A stretch of DNA of 64,000 bases from Octopus sinensis (lineage: Eukaryota): positions 5,332,001 to 5,396,000 of the forward strand of contig NC_042997.1 of NCBI RefSeq assembly GCF_006345805.1, written 5' to 3'. Below are positions 42,703 through 58,300 of this stretch, one piece after another (position 1 is the first letter of the stretch; the number at the start of each line of letters is the position of its first letter). A program made the position numbers and the translations under genes. Under the pieces are notes generated by a model that saw only the letters and a program-made list of their open reading frames with translations, had not been told where the DNA came from and searched no databases.

Positions 42703-42997
42703 GCACATACATGCACACACATATATGCACACACATACGCACACACACACACACACACACACACATGTATATATAACTTGTTTGAACAATGTTTATAATG
42801 CAATATACAACGAAATACATGAAAAATTGCATATTAGAATTTTCAGAAAATGGGTTATAAGTGGTGGGTGAAAGTGGAATGAATGGTTTACATTATAAGA
42901 GAAATTCAGAACGGAAGAACATGCAAGGACATAAACTCATGAAATCACATTGTAGAAGCAAATTTTAGAAGCAAATCAGAAAATTTGAGTTTCTTAC

Positions 42998-43291
42998 ATG
43001 TGAGACGACATATTTTCCGTTTTCTTTCTCTTCTTGGCAGTATCTGACGAATTCTTGGCACTGAGCGACGCATGATTTCGCATCAAGTTTTCCTTTTTCA
43101 ATGATTGCTTTATGACTGCCATCAGTGTATTGAACCGACCAGCCTTCTGGAACCTCTAGAAATTTTGGAAAATGACAGCGGTATTTCGTATATGCCTCTG
43201 TTTTTCCAATCAATGCTATATTACATAACGTGAAGAATGTACAAAGGAGCATCCATCTCCGTTGGCAGATTACAATTGCTCTGTGTTTCAT
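42998..43291 (-). CDS. Coding exon 1 (98 aa): signal peptide and start of the first Cys-rich module
   Basis: ATG in acaATG context. MKHRAIVICQRRWMLLCTFFTLCNIALIGKTEA|YTKYRCHFPKFL (hydrophobic core, A-x-A-like cleavage; alternative start at the second Met, 43252). Donor CAT|GTAAGA at 42998/42997, phase 0. Confidence 0.8.
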
Positions 43292-44112
43292 TGTGTATGA
43301 TATCTTATCTCCCTTTTGTTAACTAGTGCCGTTGAAGTTATTAATTGCGTTATTATTGATGCTGCCGTATGTCGATGCTCGTGGTTTTCAATGGTTCTTA
43401 TTGCAAAATTTCTGTTATTGTTATTTGGTTGCTGTTTTCTTATTTCAGATACTAGAAAGGTTTAATATATATAAACAGTACTCGAGCAATTACTGATTTA
43501 TTCTGTTAGAATGTTTGTTTCATTTAGAAGGCATTTACTATTGGTTAATTTTCATTTCCAATACGTTTCAATTTTCATTTAGTCTATGAAATGGTTCGCA
43601 GGTGAAAAATGTTCCATGAAGCCGACAAGAAATATTCGGAAGACAATGATATGCAAAGAAAAAGAGAGAAAAAAAACAAGAGATTAACAATAAATAAAAG
43701 TAACTGACAAATTAGTTATATCGAAAATAAATTATAAATGTAATAAAAGTAGACAGTCGTAAATCTACAATAGCTGTAATAAAAATGTTATTAATAATAC
43801 TGTGGGAAAAAGAACATGAATAACAGAGGAAAGAGGAAAAATGCGAATGCGTACAGATGAGGACGACAATCACGATGAAAACACGCTGACAATATGGAGA
43901 AAAATGCATGACAAAGGGAGACTCAATAAGAGTTTGAACACTCATTCGTAGACTTAGGCACTCACAACTTACGTATGTACACTCAAAAAGACAACGGATA
44001 GACAAAAAAATCACGCATGCACATAGAGGCACACATACAAACATACATACATACCTACACACAAACTATACATACACGCACAAGCACATATATATTTTAA
44101 ACACACACACAA

Positions 44113-44160
<48 letters not shown>

Positions 44161-46382
44161 CTGCTTTATGTGAAGGTATGTACAAAACAATCTAACATTA
44201 AACATAAAGATGAATAGATAGTCTTTCGTAGAGTGCATATTTATTAACATCTGAAAGGAAAATAATGCCAGTGACTTCTAAGTTTCAACTTTTTCGCTTT
44301 CATTTGATTGAGAAGCCGAAATTTTGAAATCACTGTTATCATTTCCTTTATAAAAGCATATATATGTTTATATGTGTGTGTAGGTGTGTTTATGGGTGTA
44401 TATGTGTGTGCGTATGTTTGTGTTTACATCTATACGTGCCGGTGTGTGTTTATCTATACAACTTATTTCCTTGCAGTATATGTCTGCCAAATCCCATTGT
44501 CGTTTACCCTATCATGTTTATGCCTGGTTTTGATGATAGAACCCTTCTTTGAGACTGTGGCATTCCTATATCTCCAATATATATTGACAGTAAAACAAAT
44601 ACATGTTTTCTTTTTTATTTTTTTATTACAGTTGTAATATATATATATATATATATAGTCATGTATCCATATTGTCATAAGATGTTAGATTCGCTTTCCT
44701 TCGCTAGGGGTCTCTAAACGTGGAAGATCACTACCTGTTTTATTAGAAATGGGAGTAGCATTAATAACAGTAGCATTAATTTCGAATTCACAATTATAAA
44801 ATAGAGCAGTTTTAAGTCTCAAGTTGATTTGTCAATTACTTGCTGCAAAAAAGGGAACGCTATTTTTCTTATATTCCAAACTAGCAAAAGTTCATTCTGT
44901 TTCGATATGCTCCGATGAAATATATTATTAATAACTGAATTGCTGAGGAATTATGTAGTGGTGATAGCGCATTAAATATAAAAGAGTGCATGCAATTTGT
45001 GTTACATATTTAAGAAGCAAATGTGTTTTTGCATAATGTTTAACAAAATAATCCCGCGCAAGATAGATGTTTCTAGTACTGTCAGTTGTATACTCTTTAT
45101 AATTTGAAACCTAGTGCTTAGATTACATTTTCACTTGTAACTTCATAATAAGTATAGTGATATTATTCAAAACACATCTAAGGGTAGAGGTGTTTCTTTT
45201 TTCTGCATAAGCACTATTTCAAGCAAGAAGGGATTCACTAAAGAAATGCACATGTTGTGCTCAACATATCTACATTTATTCAATATGAAGATCATAATAA
45301 AAGAGGGAAAAAATGGTCATGAAATAAGCATAAGTTTGAGTAGAAGAAGGAAAGCAAAAAGAAAAGAACAAGGAAGTTTTATGAAAAATACTGAAAAATA
45401 ATATATATCATATTCTGGACAGTTTTTGGAGTTGATAATCAAAATATTATTCGGAAATCGCGTGGTAAGTCAAGCAGTGTATTCTACTATAGTGGAGGTT
45501 ATGAATATAACAAAATATTTTAAGCTTGACAGAAATAGAGTAGGCAATGCATGGAAGACGAATAATCAAAAATAAAATATGCCTTGTATATCAATGCGAT
45601 AAACATATTCTTGCTTTAAAAAGAAATGTTACAACAGAATGACATGTTCTACACAAACAAGGTCTTCTGTCAGGAACTGTTGCCGACCTGATCCCCAGAA
45701 ATTGAAGCAATATTCGAAGGAGTGCTTCTTCTTTCTTTGCCACAGTAAAATACCCTCCTCCACGCAAATAAAACTAAGTAGAAACAGCAGCTAAATCTAC
45801 TTCAAGCAGCACTCTGTTTTTTTTATAAAAGATATATATTATGCTGGAATCAAAAGTACACCATTCTAAAAGAACAACAGTACATTGTCATGGCGTAAAT
45901 ACTTGTGGTTTTTACTTTCCTCGATAACAAGCCGATCTAGGGCTAAAAATAACAGCTATACATGATGGCAATAATTATAACAACTAAACACAATTAGTCA
46001 ATACAAATTTGCTCGCATAAAAAATAATTGAATAGTGAATTCTGCATAAAGAAAATGTACAATGAAAAACAAGAAAAACGGCTACAGTATATATATACTA
46101 CTGGCACAAGTTGTGGCTATAGTCATTTTTAAAAATCTATATATCCTCTGATCGAGTAGGCGTATGATCAAGATTATTCTAGCCGTGATAGTCTTGGTTT
46201 CTTTTTTAAATGAAACCAACAACAGTACCACTGGGTGTTAGCTCAATTAGCCAAAAGTTGCGACATCTACATTTTTAAATAAACAAATCAAGAATTTTGC
46301 ATCAATTTTCAGACCTTGTGCCTATAGAAGAAAGAATTATTATCACTGTTGATAATAATAATACAAAATAATTATTTCTACT

Positions 46383-46580
46383 ATAGGCACAAGACCAGAA
46401 ATTTGAGGGGATGGTGATACTCAATAACACCGATCCCCGTCTTCAAATGGTACTTATTTCAGCGACGACGAAAGGATGAAAGGCTAAGACTATCTTAGCG
46501 GAATTTGAACTCAGAACGCAAGGATGGATGCAATGCCACTAAGTATTTTACTTGGCGTGCTAACGGCTTTGCCACCTTGA
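46383..46580 (-). mobile_element. tRNA-derived SINE with Meta-like core
   Basis: Plus-strand ggtacttatttcagcgacgacgaaaggatgaaaggc...ggaatttgaactcagaacg...gcgtgctaacgg; homologous to 35905-36088. Confidence 0.7.
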
Positions 46581-46634
46581 AGCAATAATAATAATAATAA
46601 TAATAATAATGATGATAATAATAATAGTAATAAT

Positions 46635-46698
<64 letters not shown>

Positions 46699-46718
46699 TA
46701 ATAATAATATAATAATAA

Positions 46719-46749
<31 letters not shown>

Positions 46750-46750
46750 A

Positions 46751-46812
46751 AAACAAAGTCTAATCATTGGTGCCCAGGATCAAGTATTAACACCAACTCA
46801 GTATATATATAT

Positions 46813-46865
<53 letters not shown>

Positions 46866-47527
46866 ATATTATATATATATATATATATACCACAGAAGTG
46901 CAACGAACCTTTGCAGAAAGTGTGGGAAGAAAGCCGAAAGCGTGACTGAGATTGTTAGTGCTTGTGAAAGTTTTGCACAGAAAGAGTACAAGCGTAGACA
47001 TGACAAGTTAGCCCAATACCTCCACTGGCTACAATGCCATAAGTATGGACACGAGGTTACGGGTGCTTGGTACCAACATACACCAGAAAATGCAATGGAC
47101 GAAAAGGGAAAGGCAAAAATAATTAGGGACTTTGACTTCCAGACAGACACGGTATCAGACCACCGAAGGCCCGATATAGTAACATTTAGGAGGGACAAAG
47201 AAGAGTGCGTAATAATTGACGTGGCAGTGTCAGGAGATCAACATATCAAGAAAGAAAGAGAAAATATTGATAAATATACAGATCTGAGAATTGGGATCGC
47301 TAAGATGTGGCAGATACGAGAGTCAAATATAAATTTTATCCCTATTGTCATCGGAGCATTGGGTCCAATACCACCCACTCTGAAAGAAAACATCTGAAAA
47401 CTTTGGAAATACTCTACAATATAGGTGCATTGCATTACTTGGAACTGCAAGCATATTGCGTAAAGTACTGTCTGCCTGAGTTCCTTGCTGTGACTTGACA
47501 AAAAGTACAAACTATGTAATAATAATA

Positions 47528-47530
<3 letters not shown>
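46751..47530 (+). mobile_element. R4/Dong-clade LINE 3' end (zinc knuckle, restriction-like endonuclease, 3' UTR, (TAA)/(TGA) tail), split by a (TA)n tract
   Basis: SLIIGAQDQVL before the (TA)n. Then CRKCGKKAESVTEIVSAC, YKRRHDKLAQYLHW, RRPDIV, IIDVAV, KYTDL and PIVIGALG (ORF 46942..47397). Confidence 0.9.
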
Positions 47531-47565
<35 letters not shown>

Positions 47566-47629
47566 CGTGGTGGTGATGTCGATGAAGATGATGTTGATTC
47601 TGTTTAAGTTCCTTCTCGTGACCTGACAT

Positions 47630-47890
47630 AGATTAAAATTATAAGAGTAAGAAATAAAAGTTGATGTGTGACTTTAATATTCTGACCAGCAAAATAATAG
47701 AAGCTAGAAGGCCTGATTTAGTACTAGTAGACAAAAAGGAATAGATATCATCAGATAATTTACTTTAGAGTCCCAAATGATGGGAAAGTCGATCTGAGAG
47801 GTATAGAGAAAATAGCAAAGTACCAGGACCTAGTCATTGATTTCAGAACCTATGGAAAATGCGGGTAAAATGTATCTCTGTAGTAAAGAT
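47630..47890 (+). mobile_element. Second R4/Dong RLE fragment
   Basis: DFNILTSKIIEARRPDLVLVDKKE and VPNDGKVD..IEKIAKYQDL; flanked by (TGA)n and (GAT)n/(TAA)n. Confidence 0.75.
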
Positions 47891-48601
47891 TTGAACAGAT
47901 AGATAGATAAGGATGATGATGATGATGATGATGATAATAATAATAATAATATAATAATAATAATAATAAATAATAATAATAATAATAATAATATAATAAT
48001 AATAATAACAATAATAATAATAATACACAGAAATAGAAGACAAAAAAGAAAAAAATCGAAGAAAAAAGACGAGGAGGAAAAAGAAGAAAGGGAAGAAGAA
48101 CAATAACAGCAAAAGTCACAACAACAATAACAATAACTATAATAACAACAACAATCCCAAGAAAAAGATCAAGGATCTCAAGAACAGCAATAATAAACCC
48201 GATATTTCAAGTAAAAAGAAATTTCACGAATTTTTTTGAAAATTCTTATTGAAGAATTACACGTCACTGTACACCATGTTATGTATTTAATACCATAGAA
48301 AGTTTTCATCCGAACACAATATTAATTTCAGAGATGTTGTGAATAGAAAATAGCCATTTCCACTATAAGTGATTTAAAACAAGTGTGTGCTGAAAAAAAT
48401 TTTATTTTGTACACATTAAATAAAATGGTAATTGTTCAATGTAAGCATAATTCTTGGGCAGATTCGATAGGAGCTTTGTGTTCAGGCAAAAGGCAAAAAT
48501 ACATGTAGATGAGACACGAAAGCAAAGATGTAAAGCGAAAGAAAACAAATAAGAAAATACCGATTTTACTGATGATAAACACGGAAAATGATAATACAGA
48601 A

Positions 48602-48669
<68 letters not shown>

Positions 48670-49246
48670 TGATGATGATGATGATGATGTCGCCGACGAC
48701 GATGACAAGAAGAAGAAGAAGAAGAAGAAGAAGAAGGAAAAGAAGAAGAAGAAGTAGTAACGTATAAGAAGGAGCATTCGAAGGTGTAGAATAACAACAG
48801 CAACAACACAAGCAAGGAGGTTAAGGGAAATATACGTGCAATAAACATGGTGATTATAAATGGTAATTGTTACCTGGCTTGTTAATGAAAGAAATTATAT
48901 ATATATATATGTGTGTGGATATTTTTACGTATATGTATGAGTATATGAGTGCATGTAAGTGTGTATGTATATGTAAGTATGTATACATATGCATGTATAC
49001 ATCTATGTATATCTATCTATCGATCTATCTACTGATCTATCTATCTATGCGTGTGTGTATGTGTGTGTGAGAATATGTGTAAATGTGTGTATTGTTGTTG
49101 TTCTTTCTGAAATGTAATTATGAAGGGATGTTCTTTACGTCCAATTGAGTTGTACCTTGATAGAAAAAGTGTAAAAAAATACAAAAAGAAAACAATATGC
49201 TGCGTACAAATTTATGCAGATAGCCTCAGGTTTGTTAACAAGGGGA

Positions 49247-50813
<1,567 letters not shown>

Positions 50814-51210
50814 CTATTCCAAGATTAGAATGGCAAAGGCATTTTTGGTCGAACAACTCTCACATCTTGCATATAGTGCTAATGATTTTGGCTATCGCGC
50901 AATTTGTAGCAATCTTGAAACAAATATCGAGATAAAATATCATATTGTTTTTCTTTATTCTATAATCTGTATTTCTCTTCATTACAACATCCACACCAGT
51001 TTATTTAGTATTATTGCTATAGCAAATTCTATACCTGGACGCTCGCCCTAAATGTAGCACAAGGACGTTCTGTTTGCATTCGTTTGCGCACTTACATGTG
51101 TAAACTATACAGAGTTTATTGCCTTGTCACGCAGTGTGCACGTGTGTAAATGTGCTAATGCTTGTGTGAGATGCGGATGATCTTTGTTTCTGTATAATGG
51201 TTCTGGAGAA

Positions 51211-51440
51211 CGTGGAGGTTCGTGGCTTAGTTATTAAGATGTTGCATTCGTAAATAGGAGATTTTGGTGTCGATCCTTGCATCGACCAGTGAGTTGTGTT
51301 CTTCAAAAAAAAAAAGGAAAGAAAAGAAAACTTTATTTCAAGTTCTCTGGGCCACTCAGCTGGCACAAATGACCAACGCGTCGACGTCTCGTCAAGTGGG
51401 GAAACAAATACACCCCAGAATCTAGTAAACCAGACTCTGA
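51211..51440 (+). mobile_element. Degraded tRNA-derived SINE (CORE/V-like)
   Basis: gtggaggttcgtggcttagttattaag head, ggtgtcgatcc B-box-like, ccactcagctggcacaaatga core. Related to 36281 and 10675. Confidence 0.6.
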
Positions 51441-53212
51441 AGAATGATGATTGATGGTGATGAATGATGATACACTTTTCGTTTTTATATCTATGGTTAA
51501 TGCACGCACTCATACACACATACACACACATACATATATATGTATATATATTATACATACATATATACATATATACGTATATATATCTGTATATATGTAC
51601 ATTTGTGTATGTCTGCGTATGTGTGTGTTTGTGGGTGTATGTATGTGTGCGCCTATGTGTATACAACATAAAATGGACATAGTGTTAGCGTGCTAATACT
51701 TCGTTATTTATCCTAAGGGAATTTCTCATAACGACTCATGTAACTAAAATTTACACATAGTCACTGGTATGCCACTGGAGAGACGAAGCACGTTGGAATC
51801 ACGTAGCAGACGTTCCCATTTTCAAGCGACATAAGTAGGTTTGATTTTATACACCATCCTTCTGTATGAGAGGTCCTCTCAGGATGCACAATGCGGTGCT
51901 CGACACAAACAATACATCCACGTTAAGTTGGATATAAAGATTGCCTTTTGATATTAACACTGCAACTTTTTACCAGTAATTATACGTGTAAGTGTTTGTG
52001 TGTACGTACGTGTGTATACATTCATATTCATGCTGGTTATTCAATATATGTACTTCACGGGATTTTATCACCATTTCAAACATATAAGATTTATTTTTTT
52101 TTTATTTATTTTATTTTATTTTATCTAGTTTCAGCTCACGAGCTGTGGCCATGCTGGGGCACCGCCATATAAAAATATCTGTCAGAAGTGGGATATGTAT
52201 TAATATCTTTACAAATCAAATCTACTGAAATTAGTTTGCTTTAGCTGTTGAAGAAAGTCTTGCAATGGTACAAATACAATGGTTCAAATATAGCCGTTTG
52301 CACATGCATATACACATACATACATAAATGAACGCAAACGTACGCAGACGTATATACACACACTCACATGCATACACATACAAACACACCCAGACGTGGA
52401 GTTTAGATCTATACACGTTTACGATTACTTGTGTTATATTATTCAGCAAGGAGAAAAAACATTTCTTTGAAGTCTTATACAATATTTAGGGCATAGTAAT
52501 GCTAATTTCAGTTTCGATTTGCTCATGGCCTATTATACTCAGTACAAGCGCAATCTATGGCGTAGTTCCAACAATACTCAGGGTGAGAACATATACGATG
52601 TTCGATAATTTTAGAAAAAGAACATCCATTGGGGTAAGTAGGTTCATTTATAATGAGAAAGTACTATAATGAGGATATAGTCGGGAGGATGTTCAAAGCT
52701 GATTTGGTGACGATTTTCATGCTGGTGATGATGGTCTTGTTGATGATAGATGTCGGTATGAGGAGGGGACGGGGGAATAATGATACTTTTGTCATAGTGA
52801 TGGTATAAAAGATGTTGCAGTTGTGATTGTAGTATTCAACAAAACGGCTTGGCAATAGAGGAGTGAAAATGAAGATTGTGATGGTAGTGGGGAATGATTG
52901 CGTTGGTGAGGATGATGAAGATGATGATGTCATTGATGTATGTGAGAGTGACATTGGAGTGAATTGGCTGTTTTCTACAAATAATATGAATCCCGAGTGA
53001 AATGACAATTAAGTGCATTCAGTACTTCGAGTATATATATATATATATTAACGTTTTTTTTACGGGAAACGTTTTGAATACAAAATAAAGTTCAATTTCC
53101 GGTATGCTGGCCACAGTCTAATGACACTGACTGGGGAATCAGTTTTTAGGATTGCCTCGGTCTTTACCGATATAATGAAGGATAAATATATTAATAATAA
53201 CTATAATCTTCG

Positions 53213-53601
53213 GATACAATTTATAAACATGTAATGCTTCGCAATGCGCGTTTCCACGCATCAAATGTTTCTAAGATTACACACCGTATCCCAATGATGA
53301 TTGCAGTGATGTCTGCTATATCCGTAGGTATCGGGTAGATCACATTTATGGATTCATTTCTTCAGGCGATAAAATACTAATGGATGCTTAACAGAGGGTT
53401 GTTTATTCCAACTGTCTGTTAAACACCCATTAATACTATATATCAGGTGAAGAAATGAATCCATGAAAAGGATTTACACGATGCCCAAGGACATAGCGGA
53501 CTACACTGTAATAATCCCAAGAGTACTGTATGTAATAGTAAGCGACATGTAATCTATGAAAACGCGCGTAGCGATGCATTTTATGTCTTATAAATTGTAT
53601 C
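53213..53601. mobile_element. ~390-bp imperfect palindromic element; arms carry a possible hammerhead with a long stem II insert
   Basis: gatacaatttataaacat pairs with atgtcttataaattgtatc (outer); atggattcatttcttca pairs with tgaagaaatgaatccat (inner); central hairpin ttaacaga..gttg/caac..tctgttaa. Axis ~53407. Confidence 0.8.
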
Positions 53602-53726
53602 AAACAATTGTTGTTATTATTATTTTCCTCTTATTTTATTTTCATTGTTTCGAACTAACACAGAGGTGGTTTGTGTTCCCACCAATTTTTACCATGGGAC
53701 AGGTCCTGGATTTTAAAATTACTCAC

Positions 53727-54690
53727 TGAATGCATTTTTCTGCTCTACCATGCCTCCTGTGATACTCTGTAGGTACAAGAAGAGTGCATCTGGAGACAAG
53801 ATGATCAATAGTCTCGTTTTGTTCTTGACAAACACATGTTGGTCTATGGCCTTTCTTTAATATGTTGGCATTGTAGTTCCTTGTAGGTAGGCATTGATCT
53901 TGGGCAGCTATGATAAAACCTTCCTTTTCTGATTTAATCCAGAAGACACTAACCATTGATGGGAAGGGCTTTGTCAAAATCGGCTTTAATATCTCTCTTT
54001 AAGTATTTGCTATTGAGTGTTTTCTCTTGCTATTTATCAGTAAGAATATCTAAGTTAGCAGATTTAGCACGAGTTTTCATACGCTTAGCTTTTTCTATGC
54101 TGAATTTGTTGTATATGGAATTCACTTAGATATTTCTTTGTCTGTTTTGTTACTGAGCCTGATGCGTTCTTGTTTTCATGATTTGAGACAAGTTTTAACA
54201 TGCAGTCATCAGAGATTTTCAAGTAGGTGTCTAGATCAATTGTGGCAATCTTCATTGATAATTCCATTTTTAAAACCCCACGGACAACTTCCTTGGCAAG
54301 TAGTCGTTCTATATCTGCTTTAGCGTGGTGCATTGTATACATTGTAAATTAATTTCTCATTTTTTGTCAAGATTACATATTTCAGTAATTGACCAGTTAA
54401 TAATATTGAAACTGTACGTCACGACTAGTATGGCTAAAGTATTGATCGCTTCAACCCTGTTTCTTGTATTCAACTCTGCCCTGTGTATTGCCCTTAACCT
54501 GCGATAACATTCTCTTCTGGTCATTTCCCTCATCACTGAATGTTTGATTCCATCACCTTCAGATACCTCTAGGTATTTGTAATTCTCCGCTGGTTCTAAC
54601 TCCTTTATCACATTCGCTAATGAAGATTAACATTGGATGTTTCTGTCAATTTTCATTTGATAAAGGTAGCTTTTGCATTTATTGACTCCA
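53727..54690 (-). mobile_element. R4/Dong-clade LINE fragment (post-RT region to zinc knuckle)
   Basis: EFGVNKC, IKELEPAENYKYL, AINTLAILVVTYSFNIINW, MHHAKADIERL, EGFIIAAQDQCLPTRNY, C-VCQEQNETIDHLVSRC..YHRRH. Confidence 0.9.
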
Positions 54691-55332
54691 AATTCTGTCT
54701 GGCCCATACTCGATCAACTTTAGTTTATCAAGGTTTCATTTTCCTCTATTTGCTGCGGCATCTACCAAATCCTACACATACAGAATTGAAACCTATACTC
54801 ATTCAAGCCTTCGATACTCCAACCATGTTTCATTCATGCGCAATATTGATATCAAGGAACAAAACTACATACGCCACCGACCTAATGTTGCTTCGGTCAG
54901 TTCCCCGCCCAGATGAAATAAGTTTCGTAATATAATGCTAATCATTGTAACAATGATAATGACACGAGGTTGACATATAGACAGATAATAGTAATTAACT
55001 CAATAATTAAGCCAATAACCCAGGTATACTGTTGTTCAAAACATTCTAATCTTAAAATATGGGTATAGCTAAACGTACATCTCTATAGGGCTGCATAAAT
55101 GGATAGCATGTATTATTTAATCACATCAGTAACGGTATATATGGGTATATATTCGAATACGTATAAATGCAAGCGCATGTATGCATGTATAAGTATAGTG
55201 AGAGAGAGCCAGAGAGTGAAAGAGAGAGAGAGAAAAACTCCCACACACAAATATGTAGATACATAGACAGACAGACAGGCAAACAGGCAAACATGCAGAC
55301 AGGCAGACAGACAGACAGATAGATAGATAGAT

Positions 55333-55377
<45 letters not shown>

Positions 55378-58300
55378 CTGACAGTTCAATGTAAAACCTG
55401 GAAGTGATGTATCCTTGATTTCGTTTCAGCTGTATCCTCCCATATATGAGTATATCCTTGCATTAAATATATCGAAATACATCTAAATAAAAACAGATTT
55501 CTCAAATAATATATATATATATATGTGTGTGTGTGTGTCTGTATGTGTGCGTGTATATATGTGTGTGTATGTATGTATATATGAAGTGGGTGGGAATTGT
55601 GTAAGCATGTTTATATACGTGTCTTTGATCATATCCGTGTCGCGCGAGTATGTGCGTTTTAATAATATCCCGAAGATTTATTGCTCAGGTAGCTGAAACA
55701 AAACTGTTGAACATAACAACGATGCTTTTAATATCTGAGAATGAAGCAGCTGTAATTTGTTTATATTGTTGTTTCTGAAGGATGTCTCGCTTTAATACTA
55801 GCGTAAACATACATTTACACACATACACGCACATGTCGAAAGATTTACACGCACCCACACACACTCACAGATATACACACAATTATATACTCATATACAT
55901 ACCTGCACTTAAATACACTGCTAAATAAGCATATACATTATTATTTAAAATGCGCACAAAGTCCTTATATTTCCTTGATTGGGAAATGCAATTAATCTCT
56001 GTGTTATGATACATCGGTTTGCTTGAGGGTTCAGGCTTCATTTCCAACAAGTCTTCATTTCTCACAGTGTGACTGCTATGTAACATACTATGGACTGCTA
56101 TATAACATACTATGGACCGAATTGAATAGCGAAAGGAACATGTAAAAAGGAATCTGACCTACATGCCGTACGTTTGCTTTGTTACGCCCTTTGACCTAAT
56201 TATATGATCTCTACTGAGAGGTTGAATGAACAAAGATGAAGCTAATTGCTGCAAATTAACTATTTGTGAGACTCTGATATTCGCTTTCAAAGAAGTTCCA
56301 GCTTAAATCTCAGTGTAAAACTTCGCGTGAGTTTCTTCAACCTTAAATGAATAAGGGTTTTCAAAGAATGACCAGGATTCTGACTAAACATTTTACCTTT
56401 TCATAATTAATTTATACTAATTATGGGTTAAAGAATACGACATTGACATCGGTCTAGTCGTTACGGGGGAAAGAGAGATAATGTCTGAAAAGTAATTATA
56501 GCTTTAACCCAACTAACTCGTGAAGTGGAGCTTTGTTCTTGTTTAAAAACACCTGCTATTTCATTAATTTCTTTTGAATAAATTTAAATCCCCATAAAAC
56601 AAATCGAATGAGTCTAATTTGTGTCTAACAGATATTCTAACGTTTCCTTTCCATTTCCTGAAGTATCTTTACTTTATTTCTGATATACTCGTAGCACTAA
56701 CGCCATCGTTTTTAATTTTCTTTTGCTACGTTCCTAGTTCTGAAACCTAACAATACATTCCTCGGTAATTCTCCAAAGAAAGAGGTCGAAAAAAAGGATG
56801 GTAAAATCTGTTGATCACCTGTGCCGGTAGCGTTTGCGATAAGTTAAATTGCATTAAAGAGTGAAAGCTCAAAATTGTTTAATTCTTGGCTTTGAAGAAT
56901 GCCAAGTATGGAAGAGAGATATCTTGCTATTGTTGGTCTGGTTGTAGATGAATAAATAAGGGAGAAATTTAAATGAAGTAATATTGTAAGTGTGTGTGAT
57001 TGAGACTATCGAGAGATGTAGGGAGAGAGTAGTAGAAACAAGAAAAGAAGCAAACTAGAATTGGAAAAGTATTATAGGCAGAAGTAATAATGATTGAAAC
57101 CTGTCCAAGATTTTTTTTTTTTTTTACTAAATTAGCCACACGAGAGAAAAACTTCAGATTTCGTAGCTTCTCTAAAACTGATGAGATGAAGCATATTAAG
57201 ATTGATTGCACATAATACTATGACGAGAAGAGAGAACCGCATTGAGAAAACAGGGTACTGCTTTGTCGAATAGTGTAGACTTTGGTATAACTTTAATTTT
57301 TTGATACCAAATATCCATGACTTGTACTGGTCGGTATTAAGACATAATAAAATATATTGAAATAAGCAAAACAAAGCTAGTCATCTCTCATTCTCTGAAG
57401 TTCTATTGCCGCATCTAATCAAAAATAGCCACGTATTTTTCATAAATAGTGAAGAACGAGAGAGTATAGAAGTCAAATATCCACCGAGTTGGATTTCTTA
57501 AACGGTATTTCGTCCTCATGCAAGTTATTTTACTTTTAATTCTGTCTTTGACATTTTGACAGATCCATTCGCAACACCGAACAATCAACATTACATCGTT
57601 TGTGACCTAAACAATTTATTTTCTGTTGCTACTGTCTGGCGAGCTACAAAGGGTTATAAAAACAAGATCAAATCAATTATGAAAATAGCATCAACACTAG
57701 AATATAATTTTCTATTATGCTGCAGGATATAAAATCAACTCAACTTTTTAATGATCTCCCATATTTGACGAAGAAATTAAACTAATATTGGTTACTGACA
57801 AATATTGTTTTCATCTTCACTGTATCATTATTTTTAGTCAGTTTTTTTAATGTTTCCTACATTTAATATGTAAACGCTAATGCACTTATAATATCTATTT
57901 ATATCTATCTATTTATCTCTATATATATATCTAATTCTCTGATGGCTAATTCAGTTTTTACAATGTGGTGAATGCTTCGGTGATTATGTTTATAAGACGA
58001 ATGATATTTGCTTTGAATATGGGGTATTGTTAGTCAAAGGACATAACACCACGTAAACATAAGATATATGATGATCAAGAGGACTCCGGTGCTAATGAAA
58101 TTTTAGTAATTTCACCTATCGTCACATATGATGGTTCTTGTCAATTTAATTACACTTGGGTACAAAATTATCAGCTTCTAGTATAAGGTCCTTTGCTTCT
58201 AATATACGATTGTATAGTTTGTTGTTGAATGTTCACTCTAAGATCTTTCAATAAGCAGGTTTCTTAGACTAAATTTAATTCGATTTATTTGCCGATTTAT

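Noticed and set aside
43292-43470. Candidate 5' UTR acceptor (cctttctag at 43460-43452, minus) implying an upstream non-coding exon
   Set aside because: Such motifs are common in AT-rich DNA and there is no transcript evidence. Promoter and polyA site were likewise not called.
52640-53010. Minus-strand 114-aa Ser/Thr/Ile-rich ORF
   Set aside because: Decayed (GAT)/(GGT) low-complexity sequence with no domain signature or splice support.
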